NCBI GenBank assembly: GCA_044892525.1
Contig: CM097885.1
Coordinates: 234,796,001-234,860,000 of the forward strand
Direction: 5' to 3'
Origin: Schmidtea polychroa
Lineage: Eukaryota
DNA length: 64,000 nucleotides
Below are positions 40,170 to 53,980 of the stretch, piece by piece. The translations under genes were made by a program, and so were the position numbers. The notes under the pieces are model-generated. The model did no database searches, was not told the DNA's origin, and saw only the letters and a list, made by a program, of their open reading frames with translations. Every line of letters starts with the position of its first letter. Position 1 is the first letter of the stretch.

Positions 40170-41949
40170 ACTTTCGGTATTACCGGTATTTGTTCTTTAA
40201 TTATTTAATTTTCCCATAATTTGGACTTATTTTTACCTAAAAATGTGTCAGAGGTCTTTAAATACTTTGAGTGATTCACTTTAATGTAATGTACCTTAGA
40301 CGGGTGGACGTTACTAAGGATTCGGAGATATATGAATGTTAACGTTCATTCCAACGGCAAATTCTATAATCTTGGGCTTATTCGTGTACATGGAAAAATG
40401 CCTGTAGATAGGTGTTTAGAAATTTTGAAGTCTAAATTGGCTTTGTTTAACCTTGATTTAAATGACTATATCGCCAGTATTACTGATGGAGTTACGGTAA
40501 TTAAACGATTAGTACAACTTTCACAGATTCAACATCAATTATTTATAGCGCATGGCATGCAACTAGCCGTATTTAAAGTTCTGTACAAAAATAACGGTTC
40601 TACTCTGGAGCAAGAAGATGAAAATGGACAAATAAAGAACACAGATGAAATCTTTTTCGATTCTGATGACGAAACGGAGTCTGATATAGGAATAGATGTG
40701 TCAATTGATACATCATCTGAAATTCATATTAAAAACACAGATAAGCATTCTTTGATAGCAAAAATTAGAAAAGTCGTCCAAACTTTCAAAATCTCCCACT
40801 AAAAATGATTTAGTTTTACAAAAACATGTGAAGGATATGCTTGGAAAAGAAAAATAATTAATTTTAGATGCCGAAACCAGGTGGCTCGAACGATTTTACG
40901 AATTACGTGATCGTGTCCAAAAAAGCTTGATCGATTTGGAAGAAGACTTTAACTTTTGTTCTGCTGAAATAAATTTATTATCTGGTATTATCTGTACCAA
41001 CCAACCAATCAAAGTGGCAGTTGAAACATTATGTTATGTAAATGCTAATTTAATAATTCCCAATGTCACATTAAAATTTATGCTGGACAAATTAACAAAG
41101 CATAGTCTACCATTAAGTGTTGAAATGAAGGATGCATTAATTCTTGAAATCAGAAGGGGCGAAGTATATATTTTGATATTCCAACCGTAGCTGATCAAGA
41201 ACCGAATAAATATGACAATATTAAAACTAACGATTGTGATTTTTGCGTCACAATCACAAGATACGAACTTATCATTGAAAGACAAACTGCATGATATAAT
41301 TAACACTAGATTTACGGGTAAAAATTGCCGTAAAAATAGGTATACCTAAATCGAGATGCGAAATGAGGGAGTCAGTAGAGGAGAGTAATTAATATTTACC
41401 TATATTTCATGAGGTATCTAAAAACCTAAATATGTATTAAAAAAATAATAAATCAGTATTATATATGTAGCAATAGAATTTTAAATGAGTCAAATTGGCT
41501 CAGTTCGTAAATCAAGTGTTAATAAAAAACTATCAAAAATTCCAGAAACGTCAAATACTACCAAAAATGAACCTGATAGTCTTGAAATAAGAATATAAAA
41601 ACAATTACAATGATTCAATGAACAACATACTAGAGGAAAACATCTTGAACAAATTTATCAAGCTTTATTAACGATAAAACCAACCAGTTTTGAATCAGAA
41701 AGGATTTTTCCGCTGCTAGCATAATTTGTACCAAAATAAGATCAAGTTTGAATGATAATTAACTAGATACTGTATGTTTCCTAAGATCTTATTTTCTTAA
41801 TATAATAATATAATGTAATAAAAGCACAAAAACATTTTTTCATTTAATTTTTGATTTTTATAATACCGGTAATACCGGTCTTATCGGTATTGAAAAAATG
41901 TAGTGCGGTATTACCGGTATTAGAAAATGGCGGTATTTTGCATGCCCTA
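40170..41949 (+). mobile_element. hAT transposon remnant, same group as 10589-13434
   Basis: LDGWT, NLGLIRVHG.MP, ITDG, AHGMQLAV.KVLY, ETRW, PTS.ESER; TACCGGTA subterminal repeats; right terminus TTGCATGCCCTA. Confidence 0.88.
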
Positions 41950-42691
41950 ATTACTACAACGCAAAATAATATGATTCATGCGATATATAAATTGTTATGA
42001 TTCAACTATATAAAATCTGTAATTAAAAAGATGTTTTATAATAGTTATTTTATAATAGTTAGCTGCAATAATGCAGTAATAAAGGAACAACCCGATTAAT
42101 TTTATCATATGGGTTGCGGGAACTTGGCAAATGTTATCAATAGGTCACATCACCAGAAAGTTTGAAAACCTCTGATTTATATATTTAAATTTTATTTTTT
42201 TAGCTTTTCAAAATCATTACAATTAAACAGCTCTAATGACGAAGATTAATGAAATGTTAAAAAATTATTTTCTTACAATTAATTATATCTAAATGATAAT
42301 ATAAAAACACAAAATTGACATAAATATGTTGGTTAATTTATTTATTTCTATAATTTGTAATAATTACTTCAATGTGTTTGTTCTTTTTCTGTTATACATA
42401 CATATGTATATGGTTTGTTTATGAAAGTTATTGTAACATTTTATTCCTTATCAGTAAAGAATTATTATTATTCCTTATTAGTAGATGTATGTGAACTAGT
42501 CAAATATCCAAAGATATGTTTGTATATTATATTAAGTTTTTCCATTATTTAATTAATAGATCGATTAATTGAAACAAATATGAAAAAACATTGTGCCTAA
42601 CTTGAATATATGTTTGCGTTGGAAAATTATATTAGATAAAACAAATAAATATTTATCAAAATTCAACAAAATGCAAAAAAATTATTTACTT

Positions 42692-42854
42692 TTAAATATC
42701 AAACGATGTATAGTACATGGAAACTTCGGTATTTCTAACAGAATCGTTACTCAAAGTTGACTGATCCATTATAATTGATGAATTCGACTCTATGATTTTA
42801 CTAGGAGATAGCAGAGGTGAAGAACTGGATTGACAATGTTCTTGGTTCGCATTT
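42692..42854 (-). CDS. Putative downstream (terminal) FoxK exon, Ser/Pro-rich
   Basis: Acceptor ATTTAG with AG at 42856-42855; phase 2 matches the CG|GTTGGT donor at 55548; NANQEHCQSSSSPLLSPSKIIESNSS...FDI*; more GC-rich than flanks. Linkage to FoxK is inferred. Confidence 0.45.
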
Positions 42855-43661
42855 CTAAATATAATAAATGAACACATTCATTAAAATAGTAAAAGTACAG
42901 TAAACGTTCACTAAGTTAAATTACTATTAAAAACGTTTACTACGACTTGTTCATATACCGTTTGAAGTTTACTTCCCTCTTCTTATAGACCTGCTCCATT
43001 TACGCTATGGATAGAGACTATTTATTTACTCTTTGTCCTGATTTTGAAATGAACCTTTATTCTTTTTAACAATTTTCAATCACAATCTCATGAAAACATG
43101 TTAAGAAGTTGCAAACATAATATTCAACGCTAGTATTGGTTGAGTGAATAACGATTCAGTAAGTAAAACTATGCCTACCAATATATTTTGCGTTGATCAA
43201 TGAAAAATATATCCAAGAAAGGCTATTAAAGTTAAACCGAATCGTGAATTACAGGTAAATAAACTTTAATTCAATAAGTCAAAGAACTTTTATTTTTGTC
43301 GTTTTGAACAAGAAGTGGATTTAATTTGGTTATTATACGTAATGAAAAATAGAGAGTACAAAATACCTATAGTATATATATCGATATAATACTGATTTGT
43401 AGTTTTTAATCTCCTTTTAATAAATACAATGGAAAAAAATCAGTGGTGAAATTCGAAAAAAGTTCTTATAATATATAATATATATAATTAAAAGATTCCA
43501 CCAAATTATGGTTGTTTTATTTTACTTTAAATGTAACTCTTTAATTTTAAATTATAAATTTATAAATAAAGTTGTATCAAATTTTATGAATGAATAGACG
43601 ATAAATAAAGAATTTGATATAAGAATAGATATTGGAAACTGTTAAAGTTATCATTAAGTTT

Positions 43662-43664
<3 letters not shown>

Positions 43665-43738
<74 letters not shown>
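43665..43738. repeat. (AT)n microsatellite
   Basis: Direct reading. Confidence 0.98.
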
Positions 43739-43740
<2 letters not shown>

Positions 43741-43933
43741 CCATTATTTTGAAAAATATAATATTAGATAAACATATCTAAATTTATCATGTAAATTTAT
43801 TATTTACAGTGATTTCAGTTTCATTTGTTTTGATTATTAAAAATATGAAATTTAAAATGAAGATACCTTTAATAATAATATTTAAGGAAATATATTATTT
43901 TATACTCTTATTATGATTCTCATTAATATGAAA

Positions 43934-45485
43934 CAGGGGCGGATTAAGCTTGCATGGCGCCCCTGGCTGCAATTCAAACTGGAACCCGGTCCAGTCCAGC
44001 GTCCATATAAAATGATTGCTAGCAGCTAATGTAAGACTGTAACTTGTATGGTAGAGTTAAAAAAAATTAAATAGAAGTAAATTTAATTTATATAAAGTTA
44101 AATGAATTCACACTTCATTAAAATATTTATTATTAGACTATATATTTCAACCTAGAACCTACGGTTGCGAACTTTTCTCATGGCGAAGTTATCAATTATG
44201 TCAGTAAAGCTAAGTGAGCTTACAATTTCACTTTCGATGCTCATTAGAGAGATCAGACTCAGCCTTTGTTGTCCCATGCAACATCTAACTTCATTTTTTA
44301 TTCTTTTCAACTTTGAAAATGATCTTTCTTCGCTGCAGTTTGATGTCATCATTGAGAGATAGATGCGAAGTGCGATGTGAACATTCGGGAAGGACTGTGT
44401 AAAATTTATCTCAGTCAAAAACAGCAACATCTTTAGCTCTTTGCATGTGTTTTGAGGTTCGCATTGTGCTTCTTCCTGTCCTTGACCCTGGCCCTGGGGC
44501 TGGACAATAACTGTCTTAAAGAGCTGGAAAAATTGAACTAACTCTGAAGGAAAACAGTCTTCGAAATCACTTGAATATTCTTCCATTAACGTGGCTGCTG
44601 CCCCTCGGATGGCGTCATTGCTGAGCTCAGTTAGGTTTGTAAGAAAGCCAAAGTTCTCATGGATGTCTTCACATGAGTCTAACCGATGTTGGAGAGCTGA
44701 AGAGTTTGTCAATGATTACCAAAAATACCTCAATCTTGAATTTTTGTCTCGGTGAAAATACTTTTTCAGCTGGTGGCCCTTCATCCAACTGACACTTTCT
44801 CTTTTGTGATCGTATTGAAAATTGTTTATACTTTTTCTCCACAGACTTCTGCTTTCCTTTTTCTTCGTAAGAATCAAATTCAGAACGCTGTCTTTTAACA
44901 AACTCAAGGAGAGATTTCAACAAATGAATGGCTAAATTCAAAGATAGTCCTCGCTCTTGAAGGGACAATTTCGTTTTCTGAAATTTTTCTAAAATTGTCT
45001 CCCAAAATTTATGAGTTTTTTCAGCTAACTCCGTTTCTCTTTTTTTTAATGATGCTGCACCCTTTTGTGTGCCACTGGTATATGAACGTTACATGATATA
45101 GTTATATTATATAGTATATAGCTATATTATATTGAAAGGTTATATAAATAATTTTAAAAAATTGTATGATAAATTTATATACTAATATACTGTAACTGTA
45201 CTATAATTTTCCTTTTAGGGACATATTTAGATGAAGGCTTATATTACGTCAATTATTTTTAGTTATCCAATAGTTTGTTCTAAGATGGATGTTTTTAATT
45301 CAGCTAAAAGTCCATCGCTTTTAACACCTACTGTAATAACACAGTAATCAACATAGTAGAAGTTTTAAGCTTGAATTTTTTGTAAAAGCATAATATGCTA
45401 CTCTAATTTTATTTTTTAATTTTTGGGGCCCTAAAAATTGTGGGCCCCTGGCTTTAGCCCGATCAGCCCCCTTTATCCGCTACTG
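43934..45485 (-). mobile_element. Internally deleted hAT (ZMYM1-like) element
   Basis: TIR CAGGGGCGGAT / ATCCGCTACTG; TSD ATATGAAA / ATATGAAC; FPNVHIALRIYLSMMTSNCSEERSFSKLKRIKNEVR..MGQQRL. Confidence 0.92.
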
Positions 45486-47263
45486 ATATGAACAAATGTG
45501 TTTTAATGTACTGATTGATCGAAAAATGTTAGTGATCATTAAATATTGTATTTTCATTAAGATTTTTTAATTTTATAGTTAAAATCATAATTATATTATG
45601 TAGTTATATTATATTATATTGTAGTTATATTATATTGAAAATACATTATTATTTATTTTGAACAACGCGCCCTCTGACAACGCTGTTTCTTTATAACGCT
45701 CCTTTTTAAAAACAAAAAAAATATTAAAGATGAAGAAATCATAAAAAGAAATAACAAAAAACAAAAGAAAATCGAGTTTTTTGGTTTACTTTTTATTTTC
45801 GTACGCTTTTTGTTAATATTTTGGAGATTCAGATAAATCAATTTTTTTAGATATTGACTTGTACAAAGAATTATAAAGTTGATCATTATTCCTTGTTGAA
45901 ATAGTTTCTATATAATTTTGTAATAATTACTAAATTCGTAATGAAAAATGTCGAAACGAAAAGAGTGTTAAAGATTTGACAAAATATTTAAGAATGATTT
46001 TATCTATGGATAAAAATAGAAAGTAATTTGAAAATTAGAAAATAATTAGATGTATGTGTGAATTGGTACTCGATAGTATTTTTCAATTCCGGTAAGTGTA
46101 GAATAATGGAATGCAAGAAACCTTTGGAAATTAATAAGCTACAATATTGAATAAATAATATGAAGATCCAATCAATTACGGTTACTATGGATATGGGACA
46201 TAGTATCAATCTATACACCATGTCAAGAAAATGCCACTGTATGTTTGAACCAGAATTATGTTCTGCTTTGTGACTTTTAAAATATAATCCCATGTATGTT
46301 AACGTGTTAAAGTAGTTGTGCTAGGGTTGCGAAATTTGAGGTACAAAGATTTTGTTACTAATATTCAAAATAAATCATTTTATTGTCCAATCACTGATTA
46401 GTTGTTACAGGATTGGTTACTGATTGCTTGAAACATGTTTATTTATTTCATATTAGTTTTAAAAAATGTATAAGATTCTTAGAGCTGTTCAATTAATTAA
46501 TGATATTGATCATTATGGTAAATTATTAATTTTCAGATGAGTATTCTGCCGTTATATTGGCTCGGTTGAAGTTTTATTACCCACAGTTGAAAGCTATCCA
46601 TCATGATAAAGCCATGAAATTGATTCCAGACCTGGTATACAACGAAACCAGGATTTGGATGTTGAGAATTTCATTGTTTTGATTTGACAGACCAGGTCGT
46701 TTAATAAACTAATATAAAATTTTGTTTGAGACATAAAATAACCATCCAAGAAAAAATTTGTGGTAACTGCATATTTATCATTTTATAAACAGGATATTAA
46801 TTTTCGGTGTACCAAGTGAATTACGTATGCCTCATCAAACCTGTTTGATTATCATCAATTAGGGGAAAGACTTAAACTAATAGGATCGCTATATTGGCTT
46901 CTAAAATGTTCATAAAAATATATCTGGAGTATAAATTTCAAAAGAATAAATTGCACGCGACTCAAAGAATCCGTTTATTATACGTGTTTATATAATATTT
47001 TATTAAAAATTAAGCTGATTTCATAATAATTACAAAATACTTTTTTGGTAAAATTCTATCATTTGTAAATGTCACATATCAAATAAACCGAATTTCTTAA
47101 ATGAATTTTGCATTTCTGACATTAAGAATAAATATTTCTAAAATTTTGACTGTTCTATTAATATTAAAAATAGGCAATATTTTAACTACTAAAATTCAGG
47201 AGAAGGTAAATGGATTTTGTAATTATTTTCCAATTTCTCTGAATTAATATTCAAACCTTTTAT

Positions 47264-47301
<38 letters not shown>

Positions 47302-48020
47302 GAAATAAATTTAATTTACCAAAATTAAATTTAATTATGCAATTATATGCATAATATACGACAATAATTATATTATGAAAATAGCACATTTTAACTTTAA
47401 CAAACAGTGTATTATGTAATAATACTAATTTAGATATTGAAACAGCTTTTGGTTACTAAGTCAAGGTTTCCAGCACATTTTTATTGTGTCCAGAGCTCTC
47501 TATGTGCCACTGTAACTAATTGCAACAAAAACATAATAAACGTGTGGTGGATGGAAAGCGATATATGGAATGAAGGTAGCTGCAACATACGTAAATAATG
47601 TTATTGAACAATAAAATCTGAAAATATGTTCATTGTACTATCAGTTTTGGTACAGGCGGCATATAGAAAAAAATTACAATTCATCTACCCTATTGCTATA
47701 TTAATAGTTAAAATAGCAGTTGTGTAATGTAGTTGAAATTGTTGAGGTCAGTAAATTAAAATAAATTTAAATGAAATTTAGATTGAAAATTTAAATAATT
47801 AAAATAATGGGCAAAGTGATCAATAAATTTTGTCAAGATCACAGACGTTTGCAATTTCTTTTCAAAAAGTAATATTTATGAATAAGTCTATAATTTTGTT
47901 TTATAATTGAATAAATATTTATGGAAAATATACAAAAACGAACTTTTTTTACGTTTTTTGATTCTGTTTATTCCTAAAATCACATTAATGTTTCAACGAT
48001 AAAAATAGTTTATTTGAAAT

Positions 48021-51000
48021 TGTAAATTTCATAATTAAATTTGTTTTAATATGCACATATTGTGATAAAAATAGAATTTAAAAAACGTGATTTCATTGTG
48101 TCAACAAAAACTACAAGCTATCGCGGCCATATCATGGACAATATGATACCTATTTTCAATGGAGAAGGTGACGTTCAACAGTGGATTCAGAAAGTGAAAC
48201 TAGTGGCAAAAATTCAAAAAATCGTGGAGTTGGAATCAACAATTCCTTTATATCTAGATGGACCAGCTTTTGGAGAGCGGACGACAAAGAAACGCATTGA
48301 AGATCGAACATGCCTTAATCGATGTCTATTCGATAGATATGTTCCACGCATATGACCGATTCTGTGAACGAAAGTGGTGCAATGATGTAGATGTCTATTT
48401 GAATGATCTCAAAAACTTAGCATCTCTGCCCAAGATAGATAACGAGATTATAATTAAAAGCGCATTCATCATGTGTTTGCCAGAGTGTCGTCACAACAGT
48501 TACGATCCAATGCCAATATTCAGCAGATGTCTCTTGTTGAGGTCATGAAACAGTCTCGTGTCTTAGTAAACTGTGACAGTATGGAACTGTTTTCGGCTGT
48601 CGTGGGAAAACAAGACAAGCAAAAGAAATGCTCGTATTGCGGAAAGAATGGCCATTTAGAACAACGTTGTTTCAATAAACAAGGAAAGAAGTGTTGGCTA
48701 TGTGCAGAAAAGGGCCACATTGCAAAGAAGTGTACCAAGAATTCAAAGTCGAGAAATGCCAAAGGAGTAGCGCCAGCGTCTACTAATGGCGCTGCAGTTT
48801 CAGACATAATCAATGGGGAGTCCGTGAAAGCATTGATCGACTCGGGATGTTCCAAATCAGTTGTGTTAGCCAGAATTGCGAAGAAACGATTTATACGGAA
48901 TTGGAGTATCATGACTGCGGATGGATCACTACTCAAGTGTATGCGTGATGTGAAAGTTCAGCTGATTGTTGGTGGGAGTTTATTGAGTGTCAAATTGTGT
49001 TTCGTTGATGAAACTACCACTTAATGTTGAAATGATTTTAGGAATGGACGTAATAGGGATACTGGGAGGTCTTAAAATTGACAAGACCGGTGTATCTTTT
49101 CCAGGTATTGCAAACGTATCTTGCGTGGCTGAGAATCAGTTAAATGAGAATTTGCGAATTGAAGATGGTGATTTTTCGGCAGCATTCAGTGACGACAAGT
49201 GGGCCGTGAAGTGGAAATGGAAAGCAGAACCAGCTGTACTATTGAATAGAATTTCAAATTATAAAATCGATCCAGGGCTGCAGCACAAGTTTGACACGGA
49301 GGTTGAACGATGGATTCAAGAAGGATGGCTAATTCCAACGAAAGACGTCGTGTATGGAAAATTTCCGTTATTGGCAGTAGAGCAAGCAAACAAAGGAAAA
49401 GTTCGTTCAGTAATGGATTTTCGAGAACTAAATAAATATGTTAGTAGCCATACTGGACAAAGTGATGTATGTGGCGAATCATTAAGGTGATGGCGAATGA
49501 TGGGCGAACAGGTTATGTTAATTGATTAATTAAATGCTTATTTTCAGATACATGTTGATGAAGACCTATGGGAGCACCAAAGGGTTAGTTACAAAGGGAA
49601 CGGATACTTTCTAACGAGACTCAGTTTTGGTTTAAATGTGGCTCCGAAAATAATGTCAACAATATTACGGAAGGTACTGAGTTTAAGAGAAGATATCAGA
49701 AAAGCAACGGATAGTTATATTGATGACATTATTGTCAACGAGTCAAGAATAAACGTCAATAAAGTAATAAGCCATTTAGCAGCACACGGGCTGATTACAA
49801 AACCACCGGAAGAGTTTGATGATGCAAGAGTGCTAGGTCTCCAGCTTCAAACCAATATTAACAGTCGTACGTGGCATCGTGGAAACATTTTGCCACACAG
49901 TGCGTTTACAACTATGTCAAGAAGAGAGTTATTTCCCCTCTGCGGTCAATTCGTTGGGCACTTTCCCGTTGCTGGATTGTTAAGAGTAGCAAGTAGCTGT
50001 ATAAAACGACACAGTGCTGGAAGTAAGCAGAATGATACGATTGGAAAATGATGTATCGTGTGAAAGAGAGGGATCCCGTGACTGGTGAGTGGCCCGTAAA
50101 CAAGGACGGATCTAGGATTGTCTGGTGCGATGCGAGCAATCTGGCATTAGGAGTTGCGTTAGAAATATCAGGAAAAATAGTCGAAGATGTATCATGGATG
50201 AAGAAGAAAAACGATTTTGCTCATATAAACCTTGCAGAGTTTAGACGCTGTGATAAAGGGCCATTAGCTGGGAAAGAAGCAACTTAGTTGTAGTAACAGA
50301 TTCCGCTACCGTCAGGAGTTGAATAGATTCAGTTTTAGCGGATACTGCCAAAATCCGAACTCATGGAATTGCTGAGATGCTAGTCCGAAGACGTCTGCAG
50401 ATCATTTGTGAATTACGAAAAAGCTATGACTTAACGATCTCGATTGAGTTTATCCCGACAGATAAAACAAAGCAGATGCACTCTCAAGAGTCAGTAACAC
50501 ATGGCTGACATGGGTTAAATCGTGTGTCGAACCAACTGCAAGCACCGTTGCTGTTGTGAGTCAAGTGTTACGAGAAAGTCATAGACAGCACCATTTCGGT
50601 GCCAAGAAGACGTATTTTGCAAAGCAACTTTGCCCGGACGTTACACTTGAGGATGTAAAGGCTATAATTATTGAATGTTCAGAATGTCAATCTATCGATC
50701 CGGCGCCTGTAAAATGGGAGCATGGAGAGTTAAGCGTTAAGGAGACTTGGAAGAGACTGGCTATGGATGTTACACACTATCTAAGTAAGCTTTATTTAAC
50801 TATGATTGATTGTGGACCGGGTAGTTTTGCTCTCTGGAGAGAAATAAGAGGTGAAAACGCAGAGACGGAATCTTTAACAGATCTTTAGAGAACGAGGTTC
50901 CCCTGATGAGCTGGTGATTGATAATGCGACATCATTTCGGTCGATACAATGAAAGTACTGTCGCAAATTGGGTGTGAAATGTGTGTTTCGATGTGCTTAT

Positions 51001-51579
51001 CGGCCATCAGGAAACGGCATAATAGAACGGAACCATCGTACAATTAAACGTATGGCAGCAAAAACCAACAAGGGAATATTGGAAATGGTATATTGGTATA
51101 ACCTAGCACCCTATGACAAGTGCGGAACTCAGCCGTCTTCATCCGTGTTTTCATATTGCTGGAAAAGAGTTGGCGCATGTTATACAGAAGAGAAGACACA
51201 GGACACGTCGACATGGGGTGAAGGGATTGTAACGAAGGTAAATTCATCGACTAACTTCGACATCAACAGGATTCCGCGACACTATTCCGACATACGAAGC
51301 GTCAGTGGAGAACAACGACGATGATGGATTAACAGACGTAGACAATCCTATACTCAACTCACTGTGCCGAGATGAACGTAGAAACAGGACAAAAAGACCT
51401 CGATATCTTGATGATTTTGAAACCAGTCTTATCGAGAACGAAGATGAAAATCACGCGGAGATGTAATTGCATAATTAAATTAATTTATAATAATTTATCA
51501 TTTGTTTTAATATGCACATATTGTGATAAAAATAGAATTTAAAAAACGTTGTGATTTCATTGTGTCAACAAAAACTACA
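48021..51579 (+). mobile_element. Complete but degenerate compact Gypsy-type LTR retrotransposon (3559 bp)
   Basis: LTRs TG..CA at 48021-48115 and 51462-51579; 5-bp TSD GAAAT; gag with two CCHC knuckles, protease ALIDSGC, RT MDFRELN...YIDD, RNase H WCDAS, integrase HHCC + MDVT...GNGIIERNHRTIKR in PR-RT-RH-IN order; several frameshifts and stops. Confidence 0.96.
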
Positions 51580-51778
51580 GAAATCATTAGTTATTAATCT
51601 AATTATATATAGTAACAATTTTTTTTCGTAAATGAGCATAACAAGAATTTAAATGATACTAATTGTTGTATGTTTAAGTATTACATTATTAAGTAAAAGT
51701 TCTCTACTTTGTTTTTTTGCCCCCCCCCCCCCCCGGGAAAAATTCCTGCGGACGCCCATGCACACAGCATTATAAAAA

Positions 51779-52585
51779 TTAAGATTGAAACCAAATGTCA
51801 TTGCGTATTTCATTTATGTTCATTCTATTTGTAGGATTATAATCTAGACAGTTGTTAACTAACTTTTGTAATGTTTCTGAAGACCTATAAAATATTATAT
51901 CCTTAATGTAGTATTTGTTTTTTAATAGATATGGAAGTTTTCTTTCTATGCATTTGTAAATTAGAGCGCCTAACATGAATACCACACTTTTGTTCACATC
52001 AAATGTTTGACGACGTAATACCTCCGGACTGCAATATCCAACTGTTCCTGCATAACTGTTAGTTTTAGGGTACTTCATCACATTATCAAAGAGAGCGTCT
52101 TCATAATCAATAATCTTTACCTGATATGTTTTTTTATTTACAAATATATTTTCAGGTTTAATATCTAGATGATAAATGCCTTTATCGATTAATTTTTCAA
52201 TGGCAATTATTACATTTTCTACAATTCTTTTAACACATCTTTCTTGTCGCTTTTTCTCCATAATATACTCATCTAGTTCAACCCATTTACCGGTCAAATG
52301 TTCCATAACAATCGAAAATTCTTTGTCGTCTTGAAAGAAATCAAGAAGTTTAGGGCAAATTTCATCATCATTGATCAATTGATTAAAAAGCATTTCCAGT
52401 GGAATACGAAATGAATAATTTGAATTCTCTACAAATAACCTATTTACAGATTTGTGGATTCTTTTAATCACTACAGTCTTTTTCCTTTTATTGTACTGAG
52501 AATTATTTTCAGCAATATATACTTCACTTGTTGTTGATGACTGAAGGGTTTGAATGTGTTTATATTTATCATTAATATTTATCAT
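51779..52585 (-). CDS. Intronless PIM-like Ser/Thr protein kinase with atypical motifs
   Basis: Uninterrupted 268-aa ORF; VVIK, IPLE (PIM VPME-like), LLDFF..DKEFSIVME, YHLDIKPENI, KIIDYE, YAGTVGYCSPE, VFMLG.L.Y, CL...P..R. Confidence 0.88.
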   Translation of the reverse strand: MININDKYKHIQTLQSSTTSEVYIAENNSQYNKRKKTVVIKRIHKSVNRLFVENSNYSFRIPLEMLFNQLINDDEICPKLLDFFQDDKEFSIVMEHLTGKWVELDEYIMEKKRQERCVKRIVENVIIAIEKLIDKGIYHLDIKPENIFVNKKTYQVKIIDYEDALFDNVMKYPKTNSYAGTVGYCSPEVLRRQTFDVNKSVVFMLGALIYKCIERKLPYLLKNKYYIKDIIFYRSSETLQKLVNNCLDYNPTNRMNINEIRNDIWFQS

Positions 52586-52888
52586 TTTAATTTTGTTTAA
52601 ATTACATGTTATATATTTTATTAATAGTTATACATTTTTTTAATTTTAAAATTATTTGATTTGTTATTGGATGTAAATATAAAATAATAAATTATAAACA
52701 ATTTGGCACTAACGAAAGACAAATGATATTTGCAAGAGCTCAATTAATTTTAATTTTTTTCTTGATTTTTGATTTACTTGCTAAATTTAAATAGAATCTT
52801 TAAGTTGAAAGAAATATCGTAGTACGATGTGAGTACTCCAACTCATTTTGACTTCAATAACCTTTCAAAGCCACTGTAGCTCATTATT

Positions 52889-53980
52889 TGTAACTCTGTT
52901 TTAAAGTAACAGGTGCCCAATAAAATTTTATTTAATAATTGATTAAATTATATTTTTGAGGTTCGTAAATAAAAATAAATTTAAATGAAATTTAGGTTGA
53001 AAATTTAAATAAAAACTAAGTGAACGAAAAAGACAAATAAAAGCGTGACCATGCACAGAATTGATAATAAAGGAAAGTATGATGAGAGCAGTATTAGGAA
53101 ATGGCAAAGGCAGTTGTGAAAGGCAAGAATCTGGAAATCCGAGAAAAATCAATAAATTGTAAAATCATCGAAATTGATTTGGGAAAAAGGGACAGGTATA
53201 GATTAGCTAATGGTCAACAAGATGATGATTAGGGATTTATCAGAAAATGGTTAGAAAGCGTCGAAAAGCATTCAAATATGTTAAAACAGAAAACGTTAAT
53301 TAATTAATTAATTGGCAAATAGAAAACCCGAGCTAATGGGAAACACGAGCCAATGGAGACCCCGAGAGATGAAGGAAACCCGAGCTGGGTAAACATAGAG
53401 AAAAGTAAATAGAAGGAAGATTTGGGCCCATTAGCGTGACACAATGATTAATGGGAAAAGACCAAGGAAAAGATAGTGCGGCCAGAAAGGCCGGACGAAC
53501 CATTAATTATCTTTGTTCGTTGGACCATTATGGGTGACAGCCGAAGCAGATATGTGGAGTCGAATGTCAAGTGAGAGATTGGCTCGGCAATAACCATTTG
53601 TCATCCCAATTTCGAAGAGTATATAAGGAATGGGAAAATCAGAGCAAATCGGCATTTTGCCTCAGTTAGGGTAAGAAGAAACGAGAATAGGCGAAAGGTA
53701 AAAAGGAATTAAGGAGATTAGGGAAAAAGAAGATATAGAAGAGGAATACAAAACGGTGAAAAAGGATGAAATCAAATAAAATGAAGAAAAGTTGGTCAAA
53801 AAACCCAAGGAAAATTAAGGTGACTATTATCTTTTGTAAAAGCATCAACATCTAGCGGAGAATTGGTCAGACTTAACTTTGATTATTGATTGTTTATTGT
53901 TGAGAAAGGAATATATTTTTGTGATTCAAATAGTTTATTGTTTTGATTAAAAAGACACGAGGAGTCAGAGGTTACCGACT
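52889..53980 (+). repeat. LTR-like interspersed repeat; diverged relative at ~60214-61080 (minus)
   Basis: Begins TGTAAC, ends GTTAC; shares AACCCGAGCTAATGG.AAA repeats and AAAAGA.AC..GGAGTCAGA...TACCGACTT with the reverse complement of 60214-60780; no TSD found. Confidence 0.5.

Noticed and set aside
50903..50945. CTGATGA canonical hammerhead box
   Set aside because: Lies in integrase coding sequence (PDELVIDN) with no properly placed stems or GAAA box.
51700..51760. C-run plus CCTGCGGACGCCCATG just past the kinase stop
   Set aside because: Looks like a lone hAT-type terminus; no partner TIR or TSD found, so no evidence that the kinase is carried by a transposon.
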